UHGV virus genome: UHGV-1351279
Length of the DNA stretch: 64,000 bases
Reading direction: 5' to 3' (one strand)
Source: a virus
Made by a program: the position numbers and the translations under genes. Shown here in pieces: positions 37,601 to 48,196 of the stretch. The notes below the pieces were generated by a model. That model ran no database searches. It was given only the letters and a program-made list of their open reading frames with translations, and had not been told where the DNA came from. How positions within the stretch are numbered: position 1 is the first letter of the stretch; every line of letters starts with the position of its first letter.

Positions 37601-40600
37601 AATTCAGTATATGATAAATTCTTCAATACTGCTACTGCTGCATCAGATTTTGCTTTAGAACTTATGAATAATGGAACTCTTGTCAACAAATTTAATGAGG
37701 GTTCAGAAGCTACTGCTATAGCAAGTCAAGCTCCTGTAATAGCTACTAAAGGTAATAAAGTAATTAGAGATGATAGAGGAACATTAGGAGCTGGATTAGA
37801 AGTTATAGAGGATACAGCTACAGAAAATCCTAATCCTAAAGCAGCTCACTTAGGAGTGAAGTATGAAACAGTAACTCTACCTAATGGTGTTAAAGCTAAA
37901 AGATATTCTGAAGTAGAGCTTAATAATGACCCTTTTATAGATAATCATCTTGTACTTGATAAAGACTTTTTAAGTCCAGGAAGAGTACTTGATGTTAGAG
38001 TAGCTGAAGATGCTTTAGTTACTGTATGGGATAAAGACTCAAATGGTAATAAGATAAAGAAAACTGTAAAATTTAAAGACTTAGGATTACAACCAGGTAC
38101 TCCAGAATATAATGCTAAAGTTCCTATAGTAGCTTACTATGGGGATAAACCTGTATTCTTTTTACATGACCATGAGTGGTATAATAGAACTAATATCTCT
38201 AATAGACATGGTATGCAGGACCAAATTATTAAAGATGGTTCAAGAATGATTAATGAGGTAAGAAGACAAATATTAGAAGGAGGTAAAACTCAAATCAAGA
38301 TTACTGACAACCTTTTTGGTAATATGCTAAATTTAAGTAATGCTGCAAGAGAAAAAGACCAGCAACCTATAACTTTAAATGAAGCATCTAAAGGTTCTCA
38401 AATAGTAATTGCTGAAAAAACTAATACTATAAAAGCTGGAGGTGAGTTAGTACCAACAACAGACTTAGTCAATGACTTTGAGAAAAACCCTTTAATTCCA
38501 GGTGCTGCCTATGAGATAAGAGAAATAGGTGATGGTAAAAAAATATTACTTTCTGTAGCTTCTAACAGAACAGGAGAACTTGACAGTATGCCTGATATAG
38601 GATATAATACAGTTAAGTTCGGGATTATTGCTGCCTTTTATTTACTAAATAAAAATGACAGTAGATTTGAAAGTACAACAGCAGGTATTACTAAAAAGAA
38701 TAATGTTGTACACCCTACTATTGAAATAAAAAATGCTGATGGTACAGTTGAAAAAAGGATAGTAACTGTAAAACAAAAGCTTGAAAGTATGGGTATGACT
38801 GAAGATAAGGCTAAAAAAATAGCTGATGCTATACATATTGCTTATGGTATAGATATCTTAGAAGATGCTCATCTTTTATTTGAACTTTTCACTACTACAG
38901 CAACAGGAAAAACAAGTAAACAACAGTTTTTCCAAAATGCTACTAATCCTAATAATAAACAAAAAGTAATATTACTACCTAAGAAAAGTTCAGAAGGTAA
39001 AATATCAGTTAATTATCATGTAAAAGGGTATAGTACTGCACCTGTAACTCTTAGTGGTAAAAACCTAAATGCTATTGAAATGAAACTTAATGTAAAGCCT
39101 GATGACCAGGAAGGTTTTATAAGTTTCTTTAATTTCATGAATGCTTTGTTTAGACCCTCTAAAGAAGACGCAGAAAAAGGTATTACTAAAGGTGCTTTTT
39201 CTTATAATAACTTTATGCCTAATGATAAACAATTAGGCTCAGAAAAAACTTTAGTAAATATAACCAACAATGGAGAAATTACATCATACCAATCTACTAA
39301 TGGAAACAGCACTTACTCAGATTTTGCTAAAGACACTTTAAAAACAAATATTAAATCTTTTGAAATAGAAGGAGCTGATGGTAATAAAAAAAGTATATTA
39401 GATATACAACCTATGATTTATTATGAAGTAGTAGATGGTGAAGTCACTGCACCTCAAGCTACTTCAGCACCTAATGTAACTCCTATTACTCCTACTATAA
39501 CTCCTCCAAAACAAGAAGTTAATGTAGGTCAAGTAGTAACTGCTGCTAAAGAAGAGGGTGAGCAATCTGATTTTACTAAGAGAAAAGCTGAAGCATTAAA
39601 ATCAGTTGAGGAAATGAAAAAACTTATAGGTACTGAAGTAGGAGGTAAAATTTTTACTGAAGAAATGTATAAAAATGCTTTAGATTTTGCACTTTCTGAG
39701 TTTAATGAAGACCATGATGCTTCTGTATCTATAACAATGAATCAGTATCATCTGATTCAATCCACTAAGAATAATAGAATTGATGGTATCTCTATATTAG
39801 AAGAAAATGAATTACTAAATACTTTGTTTTATAGTACTCTTGAAAGAGTTAATTTAAATAAACATGAGGTAACTCTTAGCAGTATTCAAAGGTCTTTATA
39901 CAATAGCTTAAAAATAATTGAAGAAAGTAAAGAGCAGTTTGAAATTATGGCTAAAATAAACCCTGTATTAGCTTCAAGAATGAGTGCAAGGGTTGAAAAA
40001 CTAAAAGCTATACTTAATCAAAAAGAGAAACTTATAGGTAAAGATGGTTCTCTAATGATTATGCTTAATAGGTTTTTTGGTGAAGAGATTGAATTTAATG
40101 AAGAAGCTCTTGAAGATAGTGATGAAAGTATTATATCTATACAAGATGGAGATGGTACTGAAAAGAACTATTCTGAATCCTCTTTAGAAAAAAATGTAAA
40201 GATAACTTTTAGTAGTAGTCTTAAAATCCTTTTAGCTCGTGTAAAAGCTAAGAACAATCAAGGAACTAATAAACTTAACTCACTACAATTACCTATGTTT
40301 GAAGACATAGACAATGTAGTTATGACTTTACAGGAAGTATTAGTTAAGGGTAATTCTGACTTTGATTTTGTATTACAAGAATTAAAAAATAGAGGTAAAT
40401 CTACAAGACCTAATGCTCAAGTATATGCTGAGCTACATAGGTTATTTGCTGATGCTCCAAAGCACATACAAAATGAAATTTTGTATAAAATGACAAGTGA
40501 TGTTCTTAGTATGTATATGATTCTTATGCAAGAAGGAGCCTATAATAATTACACTAAACTTGCTTTACAGAATGCTAATAGTTCAGCTTCTGATATTAGA

Positions 40601-43600
40601 CTTGTTAGAGAATGGAAAAACAACTTTTTAAACTCTGAGCTATTCTTTGAGAAAGATGGTGAAAAGTATTATAACATGGAAAGGGTTGATCTTTTGAATA
40701 AAGAGATTAATAGCCTAAGAAATGACTATAAAGAACTATTAGTTGATAACCCTGAACATGTACAGAAACTTAATAGTGTATTAAGGAAACTTGGAATAAA
40801 CCTTTCTGAGAATACACTAAAAGAACTTCTATCTACAGAAGGTAATAATTTATTGAGTAATGTTGGTTCTTTAAGCCACATACAAAGAGTGTTATATGAA
40901 GTAAACAGTTTTTATCAAACACCAAGAAAAGACCCTAATACAGGTAAAGAAATACATATTAACCCTAAATATACAGATGAAGGTTTATCACTTTATGATG
41001 TTGAAGCTACTAATATAAGAAATAATTATGCTAACTTAGAGATTGATTTAAATGGTTCTATAATAGAAAAATCTTATAGGGTAGCAGGAAAGACTATTCA
41101 AGGTACTATACAAAAAATGATGGCTTATGATGCAGTATTTGAACTTAAAGATAGTAGTAACCCTAAAGCAGAACAATTATTACAAGTACCATATTCTTCA
41201 AGAAACTATATGCTTAGAATGATGGTTCCTGAAGATAGTAAAAAAGAAGATAGTGTTAGAAAAGCTGAAGAAATTAGAAATAGATTTGATATAGGATTTG
41301 TATCTCTTGAAGCTATTAAAGAAAGACATAAGAAAACATTTGGAAGTAGGAAAATTACAGATATTCCAGATACTGATAATGTATTAGCTCAACTTGGTTT
41401 CTTTCAAAATACAGTAAAGAAATTAACTCATAAGATACCTGGTTACAAGAGTTTATCTTTTAGATTAGCTAAAGTAATGAACCCAACTCTTTCTGATAAA
41501 AACCAAATGTTACTCTATGACATGGCTGTTGTAGATGTAACTAACTCTGTATTGTCTAATACTTTTGCTGATAAAGGTAATAAATATAATATAGGAGAGG
41601 ATTTATTAAACTTTCTTACAGACCAAATATTTGAATCAGAACTTGATAGAATCATTAGTTCCTTTAAGGAAAAGACTAATATAAAGAAGTATGATAAAGC
41701 AGCTCAATTCTTTTTAGCTTTCCCTGGTTTCAATACATTAGAACTCACTATGGAAGATGGTACTAAAATGTCCCTTATAGAGTTCTTACATATAAATAAA
41801 GGATTAGCAAAAGGTGAAGAAAATATAGCCATAAAAAGACCAGCTATAAGAGAAGCAGCAAAACAGTACTTAGCAGACCTTGTAAAAGAGAAGGTTAAGG
41901 ATAAAGTAAATTTTGACAATAACACAGGAGAATGGTTTGATAATAACTTTATTAGTTTTGATGAGAAAGGAGTAAATTTTGAGAATAATTTCCTTGATGA
42001 TTCATACCTTGCATCTAAGGTAAAAGGTTCTCCTGAAAAAAGTGTTGAGGTAGCAGCTTATGATTTTGTCATAAACAACATGTTAGCTCAAAATAATGTC
42101 TATCAAATGATAGCTGGAGATACAGCTTTATATTCTGAAAACCCTTCAAAATTTGCAGATAAAAAAGAGCCTAAAAACATAAGTAAGATAGACTTTGTAG
42201 GACTTGCTAAAAAAACTGCTGAAAATATAGATAAGCGTATGGCAATGTTAATAGCTCCAGGAAATAAATTAGCTAATAGTTTGCATGAGAAATATCTTCA
42301 AATTATGGTTAATGACCCTGTAACTATTACAAGTACTTCAAGACAACTCATAAAACAATACTATGGTGAGGTTACAAAAGAAAATGAACAGGTTATAGCA
42401 GCTATTGAGGAGTTTGAAGAAAAAGCTGAAAAAGCAAGAGGAGTGTATCTTGATGAATTAAGAAATGAATATAATAACAAGTATGTAAAAATCAATGATA
42501 AATTTGTATCAGTTGATAGTGATGGTGAAATACACTATTCAGACTCAATAGAAGCAGCAGAATCTTTAGGAAAAGTACTTAAAGGTGTTGATGGCTATCA
42601 AACCTTTTTAAAGGAAAATAATAAGGAAATAGGAGACTATTTTGATATAGAGGGTACAGATGCACAGGAGCTTACTACATGGCAGGAACACTTAGATATA
42701 TTACTAAGACAAGGAAGACTTACTGAAGAAGAAAGAAATGATATAAAAGCAGTATATGATAAACTTTCTAAAGGTGAGACCTTAGATTCTAAGGAACTTA
42801 AAGTGGTAATGCAACCTATAAAACCTGTATATGCAGGAAGTACTATAGTTAGAAATGATAAGAATGAACCTATAGTAAACAGAGTTACCTATATTAAGTC
42901 ATCTTCTTTTCCATTATTACCACAGCTTACAGCAGGTCTAAAGATAGATGCTGTGAGAAAACACATGGAAAAATTACAAGAACACCATAAAGGTAATAGG
43001 AAAGTAAGGCTATCCTTCCAAACAGCAAATAAAGTAGGTTCTATTGATTCTACTCTATCTATACATGACCTTTATAATAAAACATTTGATGAGCTATTCA
43101 ATAAAAGTACTTTACTTAATGATAATACTTTAGAGCTTGAAAGGAAACATTTTAAGATACAGCAGGATACTCCTTACAAGACAGATAAAAATATGGCTAA
43201 AGGTAAAGATGATTCTATTATTATGGGTTCTCAGATGTGGAAGATAATCTTAGGAAATGGTATCAATAAAATAGAAGAAGCTATATTTCCTAATACTTTT
43301 GATGCTGCTATCATTAATGAATATAACTCTCAAGTATCTGAGAAAGATAGGGTAGTTATAAACAGTACTAAGAGTAATCTTACAGGTAAAGACCTTGATA
43401 AAATAAAGAGTTATGTAGAGAATAAGTACATAAGGAATGAGAAAGATAAACTTTATAGACAATTAGGTTTAGACCCTGAGACTAATAGACCAAAAGATGA
43501 AGCAAAGTTCATGAAAACTTTGCAAGAACTTCTTATATCTGAAGCTAAGAGTAGAAATTATACTGATGGTCTTTTAGATGGCTTAGAAGTATTTGAAGAC

Positions 43601-46600
43601 TTAGAAAAGATAGATTTTAATATTCCTTTATGGTTATCATCAGGAAGTAATAAATTTGAAGCTTTACTTCAAGCTATCATATCTAACAGATTGATTGTGT
43701 TGAAGTTACCTGGAAACTCTCACTATACTTCCTCTTCTGAAGGTTTTAGCTTTAGAAAAGAAGATATAGTATCTTTAGAATCTATCAATGAAAATAAGAA
43801 GTCTGGAATAGTATGGTTAGACCCTAATCATACAGGAGAGTTAAGAGCTACTACTAATGAGAATGGAACTCTAAAAGAAGCTGAAGTGCTAATTCAAAGT
43901 AAGTTTAGAATTACTAAGGAAGATGGTACTACAGAGCTTATAGATTTAACTAAAACTCCTTATAGTGAAGAAGATAAAGCAACAGGTAAAAAGGTATTAA
44001 ATAAAGAAATGATAGACCAGGCATTACTCTCTATGTTTTCTTTCCGTATACCTACTTCATCACATCAGTCAGGAGCTATACTTAAAGTAGTAGGTTTCTT
44101 ACCTGAAGCAAGTGGAGACTTAATTGTAGTACCTAAAGAACATACTAAACAAATTGGGGAAGACTATGATATTGATAAGAGAAATATTTATAAGTCTAAT
44201 TATGTAGTAAGAGAAAATGGTAAGATAGAGAAACTTACTTCAGCTAATATTGAAGAAATAGTAAAAAAGAAGACTAAGAACTTACAGACACAAATTGATG
44301 CTTTGTATGATGCTGTTGGTAAAGAGTTTGCTAATAATAATAAAGTAAATGAAGATTTATCTTATTTAAGTATAGATGAACTTAGAGATATGGTTTATGA
44401 CGTCTTTGGTATAGATTTAGATGAAGAAGGTATTATAGATGATAAAGAGGTAAGAAAAGTTGCTAAAGAAAACATACTTAAAAAGAATGCTGAAAAGATT
44501 AAGACATTACATGATAGCAAACATAAATTACAGTGGAATAAATACTTTGTAGAAAAAACAACAAGAGAGAGCTTAGAAAAGAAACTCCTTGAAAATGCTA
44601 TGATTGATGTTTATAAGTCTGTATATCTAACTACTAATGATAAAGTACAAAAGAAGATAAATAAAGTTTTGTCTTTTGAAGTAGCTGGAGAAACTGCTAA
44701 ACTTATAGATAAGAAACTAAACTCAATGGAAAGTACTAAGTACTTTACTATATATGATGATTCTTATCAAAGGAAACTTATGAGATTAGGTTCTACAGGT
44801 AAATTAGGTATCTCTGTACATAGTAACACTGTAACTTTCTTATCTCAAATACAGAGGTTAGATAAACCTATTATAGTTAAGAGAACTGTTTATGATGAAA
44901 AAGGTAAACCCAGACTTGTAAACAGTGAAATGGAACTTGATGGTTTACCTTCTGATGGTACTTTAGGAGGATTTAATAATGAGTTCAAAACCCTTGATGG
45001 TATGAGACTTATTTCAGATGTAGTTGGAGAGAACCAAAACTCTGCTACAGATAATGTGAAAGCTCAAATCATGGGTAAGAGAAATGAAAATGCTTATACT
45101 ATTAATGTACTTACAATGCTTAATCTTAGAGGTTATGACATGACTAAGAATCCTGTAACATTAGATAATGGTAAAAAGCAACATTTACAGCTTACTTCTT
45201 TATTCTTATCTCAACCTATTCTTAGAAGATATGTGGAGTTACAAGAGAAGTATAAGTCTCTTACTTCTGGATATGTAAAAGATAAAGAAAATGAAATTAT
45301 AAGACAACTTATAAGAGAGTTTGATATTATAATTCCTGATAGTACTTTAAATAAGTTCAATAATGAAGGTGTTATTTTTAATGAAGAAGAACTCAGAATA
45401 CATGAAAAACAGATAACAGGTCAAGGTTTATACAATGGTCTTATAGATAATAAGAACACTCAAAATACAACTATGCAACTTGCTGTATTACAAACATTCT
45501 TAAATCTTAAAAGAGAATCTGAAGAAATAGGTGAATATCAGAAACTGATAAGTATGAACTCTACTAAACTTGGTATATCTTATTTCAACACCTTAGATAG
45601 AATAGAGATTTTAAGAAAATTGAATAATGAACAAAAGTTTGAAAATATCCAAAGCCTTGTAGGTGATTTTGAAGTAGTAGATTTTGACCTTCCTAATGAA
45701 GTAATTAAAGAGAGAATAAGAGAACTTAAAGATGATGGTTATGTATTGTTTAATTACATTACTCCTATTGCTATAAAGCCAACAACACCAGAAGGAACTA
45801 TGCTTATACACAGTTTGAAAACTTCTGAAAGTGTTTTTGATAAGTTGTATCCATATAAAAGTGCTACTGTAAAAGATATAATTGAAAAAATAACTGAGAT
45901 TGCTGGTAAGACAGACCTTAGAGGAGAGGCTTTAAATGATTTGAGATATACTATAATGCAGGAGTTTAAAGAGTTTATATACTCTTCTAAGAACAGTGGA
46001 TTATTTGAAGATGCTACAGTAAGAGAAGAAAGGGAAAGATTATTCTTTGACAGAGCAGGTAATGAATCTTTGGCTTCTTTTATAAACAGACTTCAAAAAA
46101 TGGACAATAACTTCCTGAAGAATAATGAGTTTATAAGAAGTTTACAAGCTGATGTAAGTCTTACAGGAGGTGTATCTACTATAAAGAACCTTTTTGAAGA
46201 GATGGATAAGTTCTCTCAAAGTAATAGATATAATGATTACTTGAAGATGCTTCAAGACAATGACACTATCATAGGAGAATGGAATGGTTATAAAGTAACT
46301 CCTTTCCAATTAGCTCAAGAATTAGCTACTTATGCTTACTTTGCTGACCAAGAAGGGGGTGCTACAGGGTTTAGAAATAACATCAATGCTAATTATCTTA
46401 ATGTTATAGGATTTTCTAAATATCTCAGAGATGTAAATAATGAAATATTTGGTACTATAGTTACTGATGCATTTTCTGATAAATTTGTGGAACAATTCTT
46501 TCAACATAATCCTGACCAAGCTATAACCCTTAGTCAAGATAAGTTAAAGAAACTTATAGGTGCTAAGGACAAGTTTGAAAGCATACTTATAAATAAAGGT

Positions 46601-48196
46601 TCAGAAGAAGCTTATAATCTTTGGAGGAGTAAGCCTAATAAAAGCACTTATAATGATTTTATAAATAAACTTAAAAGGTTTGAATCCCCTATTGATACAG
46701 ATAATAATGAAAAGACAGCACTTAGTGATAAGTATATTTCTATAAGGTATAATAGAGCAAATGGTAAGGCTTATAAACTATTTAAATTAGTAGATACTGA
46801 AATTACAGGAAGTGGTAGAGTACTTGTATATGAAGAGATAGCTGTTTTAGGTGATAATGGTTATAATGAGTATGATATGGAAGCTATTTATAATGATGGT
46901 TCTTTAAATCCTGTTGGAGATATAGAACCTGCTGAACCTATTATAAGTGCTAAACCTTTAGATTTATCTGAAATACAGGAAACTACTGTAGGAGAATTGT
47001 TAGGAGCTGTATTCCAGAAAGAAAGTAAGCTTAAAGACTTAATGAATGATTTATTACCTTTTATAGATAAAGATGTAAAAGTAATATTCTCTGATAACTA
47101 TAATGGTAAGAATGTATCTATAGCTACTTACATGTCTCAAGAAAATGTAATAGTAATCAATCCTATGATGAAGAATGATAATTTTGTCAAGAGACAACAA
47201 CAATTAGCTAAGTCTGAAAATTATATACAAGAGGTAGTTCTTGAAGAGATAATACACAGCATTACTGTTAGTGAATTAAGTAAATGGGGAGTAAGACAAA
47301 CTACTGAAGGAGGAAATCCTAAAGAGTTTAATTATGTAGTAAGAGATGATGCTCCTTTATATATCAAAAAGCTCAATGATTTATATGAATTAGCTAAATC
47401 TAAGATACCTTATGACCCAACAAATCATGCTACTTATCCTATGATGAATATTGCAGAGTTTGTAGCTGGTGTATTTTCTAATGGTAACTTCAGAGAACTC
47501 CTTGATAGTACTAAAGATGGGGGAGAAACATTACTTGATAAGTTTAGAAAACTCTTTAAGAATTTGATTACTTACTTAACAGGTAAGAAATACTCTGATG
47601 AGGTGATGACTACTGTTATGGAATTACTCAAAGCTAAAGGTAGAAGTACAGAGTTTGTAACTACAGATAGAAGTACCAAGGAGTTTAAGAAAGCTGAAGC
47701 AGCTGATAAAGTGAAGACTATTCTAAGACAACTTAAAGCTGAAGATGTTAATTTCAAAGATGAGTTATCACCATACTCTCCTAAGCAACTTAGTCAATAT
47801 GCTTACAGAAAAGCTTTCTCTGATAATATAATTAATGATTTGAAAGCTGGTAAGACAATATTTGTAAATGAGAAAAACAGTAGAAATAATGTTGAGAAAA
47901 AGTATATTCAAGATATTATAGACCTTATTTTAACTGTACCTGGAATGAATGAGGATAACAAAGGAGAAGCTATGGAATACAAAAAAGTAAGAAATGATTT
48001 GTATATGTTGAAAATAAAAGATACTTTTGCAGAGAAACTTGCTAAATTGGATTCTGTATCTCCAGAGAATTTTGATTACACAGGATTTAATTTACAGCAA
48101 GCTATAAATCATATTATGAAAGAGAACCCTTCATTTACAACAAAGGATTTAAAGAATAAATTAAAAGAAATTGGTCTTATAAAAGAAGATTGCTAA
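34670..48196 (+). CDS. 4508-aa megaprotein containing a virion-RNA-polymerase-like domain (two-barrel RNAP beta-prime-type catalytic loop)
   Basis: Uninterrupted 13.5-kb ORF. Residues ~3125-3169 (nt 44042-44176) read FRIPTSSHQSGAILKVVGFLPEASGDLIVVPKEHTKQIGEDYDIDKR. This parallels the R-x-P-T-L-H-R...NADFDGD loop of multisubunit RNAP beta-prime and the D-[FY]-D-x-D loop of crAss-like virion RNAPs. There is a K/E-rich coiled-coil segment at about nt 36780-37030. Confidence 0.6.
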   Translation: MEKPSNNDKKVALNSLFNAIDRTVQEDSRKRVGGHKTVRDLEKTLGIKANSISTYNDQMSEVKRLVGADAFVDTGIDYTQNLAANQSDSEAFTRGAAMLGKGFVSGALQSFASWDFGSIRDMATGDTSKEFGNALTESSLAKWAKDMTGLEIYQNGDDFGSSKYWARFIGQQGFTLGIMAEMALEQGLLAYVTGGAGNVAGAASKSRLIYNLLTGVNGLYGGVREAWMNGLETQENTYNKYIQLGFDQETAKKRASEAAAIGFRMEVGPIMLLNGIQSMATFGRFASKGLNKALEESMDFGVSSAVGKLGSIFEKSSNKFVRNAGMLFTDSVSEGVEEGYQTWAGNYAQDELQKRHLGFGTDEPFWNEEMRDSILMGALSGGMMAGFGKAVQKFGDWYSGRSKAINEATEAFMKDVTSNSVTAIKELNDASLAYQKAFETYNKDKTKDNRKAMNEAKKNLIIAQEKQGTAQVLEAMELDHLKGNENNEVFNAHIEQIDNAIKALQSNDTDKLKGLGFIDENGQSVTGLTNAEMIKMLQSDKDKALKTKKRFEDHYQHTTTDLGTIKKLVTIETKIDTFEEMKKEVEGKIGNYRNGNQVYSQLSEDGKELYGLYLRKNALEGLKERGGISKNQEVELDTINHKLQSIADANGKKNVNDLYSVQDANILRRDMIGIQAQQENYIEHYAYETEIDKLYESLEHNSKQDVIKQNIKERRKAQREAAKAVRDFNKLEREQEKERKRLEKEKAKAKNKEEKEKAQKEIDELAKEQKETQEKKDKAQKIESIENETGNKASDTEKEELINNGNFIYAEEDTAYKFDFEEGIVPEEPTKEPTETTDNAVEEAMSLKELIAKGLIKLGVPTPADVSPFDDDGVDIDANNEDFAFTPIDDSEPVIYTEPFEIIDFDANANLEGDFESRRETAIKFVQEILKELGLDEPDFEDYIKYFIDRKGKKITDDVFPGLVKMWELAGYSLDNVNSVYDKFFNTATAASDFALELMNNGTLVNKFNEGSEATAIASQAPVIATKGNKVIRDDRGTLGAGLEVIEDTATENPNPKAAHLGVKYETVTLPNGVKAKRYSEVELNNDPFIDNHLVLDKDFLSPGRVLDVRVAEDALVTVWDKDSNGNKIKKTVKFKDLGLQPGTPEYNAKVPIVAYYGDKPVFFLHDHEWYNRTNISNRHGMQDQIIKDGSRMINEVRRQILEGGKTQIKITDNLFGNMLNLSNAAREKDQQPITLNEASKGSQIVIAEKTNTIKAGGELVPTTDLVNDFEKNPLIPGAAYEIREIGDGKKILLSVASNRTGELDSMPDIGYNTVKFGIIAAFYLLNKNDSRFESTTAGITKKNNVVHPTIEIKNADGTVEKRIVTVKQKLESMGMTEDKAKKIADAIHIAYGIDILEDAHLLFELFTTTATGKTSKQQFFQNATNPNNKQKVILLPKKSSEGKISVNYHVKGYSTAPVTLSGKNLNAIEMKLNVKPDDQEGFISFFNFMNALFRPSKEDAEKGITKGAFSYNNFMPNDKQLGSEKTLVNITNNGEITSYQSTNGNSTYSDFAKDTLKTNIKSFEIEGADGNKKSILDIQPMIYYEVVDGEVTAPQATSAPNVTPITPTITPPKQEVNVGQVVTAAKEEGEQSDFTKRKAEALKSVEEMKKLIGTEVGGKIFTEEMYKNALDFALSEFNEDHDASVSITMNQYHLIQSTKNNRIDGISILEENELLNTLFYSTLERVNLNKHEVTLSSIQRSLYNSLKIIEESKEQFEIMAKINPVLASRMSARVEKLKAILNQKEKLIGKDGSLMIMLNRFFGEEIEFNEEALEDSDESIISIQDGDGTEKNYSESSLEKNVKITFSSSLKILLARVKAKNNQGTNKLNSLQLPMFEDIDNVVMTLQEVLVKGNSDFDFVLQELKNRGKSTRPNAQVYAELHRLFADAPKHIQNEILYKMTSDVLSMYMILMQEGAYNNYTKLALQNANSSASDIRLVREWKNNFLNSELFFEKDGEKYYNMERVDLLNKEINSLRNDYKELLVDNPEHVQKLNSVLRKLGINLSENTLKELLSTEGNNLLSNVGSLSHIQRVLYEVNSFYQTPRKDPNTGKEIHINPKYTDEGLSLYDVEATNIRNNYANLEIDLNGSIIEKSYRVAGKTIQGTIQKMMAYDAVFELKDSSNPKAEQLLQVPYSSRNYMLRMMVPEDSKKEDSVRKAEEIRNRFDIGFVSLEAIKERHKKTFGSRKITDIPDTDNVLAQLGFFQNTVKKLTHKIPGYKSLSFRLAKVMNPTLSDKNQMLLYDMAVVDVTNSVLSNTFADKGNKYNIGEDLLNFLTDQIFESELDRIISSFKEKTNIKKYDKAAQFFLAFPGFNTLELTMEDGTKMSLIEFLHINKGLAKGEENIAIKRPAIREAAKQYLADLVKEKVKDKVNFDNNTGEWFDNNFISFDEKGVNFENNFLDDSYLASKVKGSPEKSVEVAAYDFVINNMLAQNNVYQMIAGDTALYSENPSKFADKKEPKNISKIDFVGLAKKTAENIDKRMAMLIAPGNKLANSLHEKYLQIMVNDPVTITSTSRQLIKQYYGEVTKENEQVIAAIEEFEEKAEKARGVYLDELRNEYNNKYVKINDKFVSVDSDGEIHYSDSIEAAESLGKVLKGVDGYQTFLKENNKEIGDYFDIEGTDAQELTTWQEHLDILLRQGRLTEEERNDIKAVYDKLSKGETLDSKELKVVMQPIKPVYAGSTIVRNDKNEPIVNRVTYIKSSSFPLLPQLTAGLKIDAVRKHMEKLQEHHKGNRKVRLSFQTANKVGSIDSTLSIHDLYNKTFDELFNKSTLLNDNTLELERKHFKIQQDTPYKTDKNMAKGKDDSIIMGSQMWKIILGNGINKIEEAIFPNTFDAAIINEYNSQVSEKDRVVINSTKSNLTGKDLDKIKSYVENKYIRNEKDKLYRQLGLDPETNRPKDEAKFMKTLQELLISEAKSRNYTDGLLDGLEVFEDLEKIDFNIPLWLSSGSNKFEALLQAIISNRLIVLKLPGNSHYTSSSEGFSFRKEDIVSLESINENKKSGIVWLDPNHTGELRATTNENGTLKEAEVLIQSKFRITKEDGTTELIDLTKTPYSEEDKATGKKVLNKEMIDQALLSMFSFRIPTSSHQSGAILKVVGFLPEASGDLIVVPKEHTKQIGEDYDIDKRNIYKSNYVVRENGKIEKLTSANIEEIVKKKTKNLQTQIDALYDAVGKEFANNNKVNEDLSYLSIDELRDMVYDVFGIDLDEEGIIDDKEVRKVAKENILKKNAEKIKTLHDSKHKLQWNKYFVEKTTRESLEKKLLENAMIDVYKSVYLTTNDKVQKKINKVLSFEVAGETAKLIDKKLNSMESTKYFTIYDDSYQRKLMRLGSTGKLGISVHSNTVTFLSQIQRLDKPIIVKRTVYDEKGKPRLVNSEMELDGLPSDGTLGGFNNEFKTLDGMRLISDVVGENQNSATDNVKAQIMGKRNENAYTINVLTMLNLRGYDMTKNPVTLDNGKKQHLQLTSLFLSQPILRRYVELQEKYKSLTSGYVKDKENEIIRQLIREFDIIIPDSTLNKFNNEGVIFNEEELRIHEKQITGQGLYNGLIDNKNTQNTTMQLAVLQTFLNLKRESEEIGEYQKLISMNSTKLGISYFNTLDRIEILRKLNNEQKFENIQSLVGDFEVVDFDLPNEVIKERIRELKDDGYVLFNYITPIAIKPTTPEGTMLIHSLKTSESVFDKLYPYKSATVKDIIEKITEIAGKTDLRGEALNDLRYTIMQEFKEFIYSSKNSGLFEDATVREERERLFFDRAGNESLASFINRLQKMDNNFLKNNEFIRSLQADVSLTGGVSTIKNLFEEMDKFSQSNRYNDYLKMLQDNDTIIGEWNGYKVTPFQLAQELATYAYFADQEGGATGFRNNINANYLNVIGFSKYLRDVNNEIFGTIVTDAFSDKFVEQFFQHNPDQAITLSQDKLKKLIGAKDKFESILINKGSEEAYNLWRSKPNKSTYNDFINKLKRFESPIDTDNNEKTALSDKYISIRYNRANGKAYKLFKLVDTEITGSGRVLVYEEIAVLGDNGYNEYDMEAIYNDGSLNPVGDIEPAEPIISAKPLDLSEIQETTVGELLGAVFQKESKLKDLMNDLLPFIDKDVKVIFSDNYNGKNVSIATYMSQENVIVINPMMKNDNFVKRQQQLAKSENYIQEVVLEEIIHSITVSELSKWGVRQTTEGGNPKEFNYVVRDDAPLYIKKLNDLYELAKSKIPYDPTNHATYPMMNIAEFVAGVFSNGNFRELLDSTKDGGETLLDKFRKLFKNLITYLTGKKYSDEVMTTVMELLKAKGRSTEFVTTDRSTKEFKKAEAADKVKTILRQLKAEDVNFKDELSPYSPKQLSQYAYRKAFSDNIINDLKAGKTIFVNEKNSRNNVEKKYIQDIIDLILTVPGMNEDNKGEAMEYKKVRNDLYMLKIKDTFAEKLAKLDSVSPENFDYTGFNLQQAINHIMKENPSFTTKDLKNKLKEIGLIKEDC

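Noticed and set aside
48190-48195. TTG start of the 1800-aa gene and GTG start at 2279
   Set aside because: In-frame ATG codons lie 2 codons downstream (48196) and 1 codon downstream (2282). The ATG at 48196 forms a TAATG stop-start overlap with the upstream gene. The ATGs are preferred.
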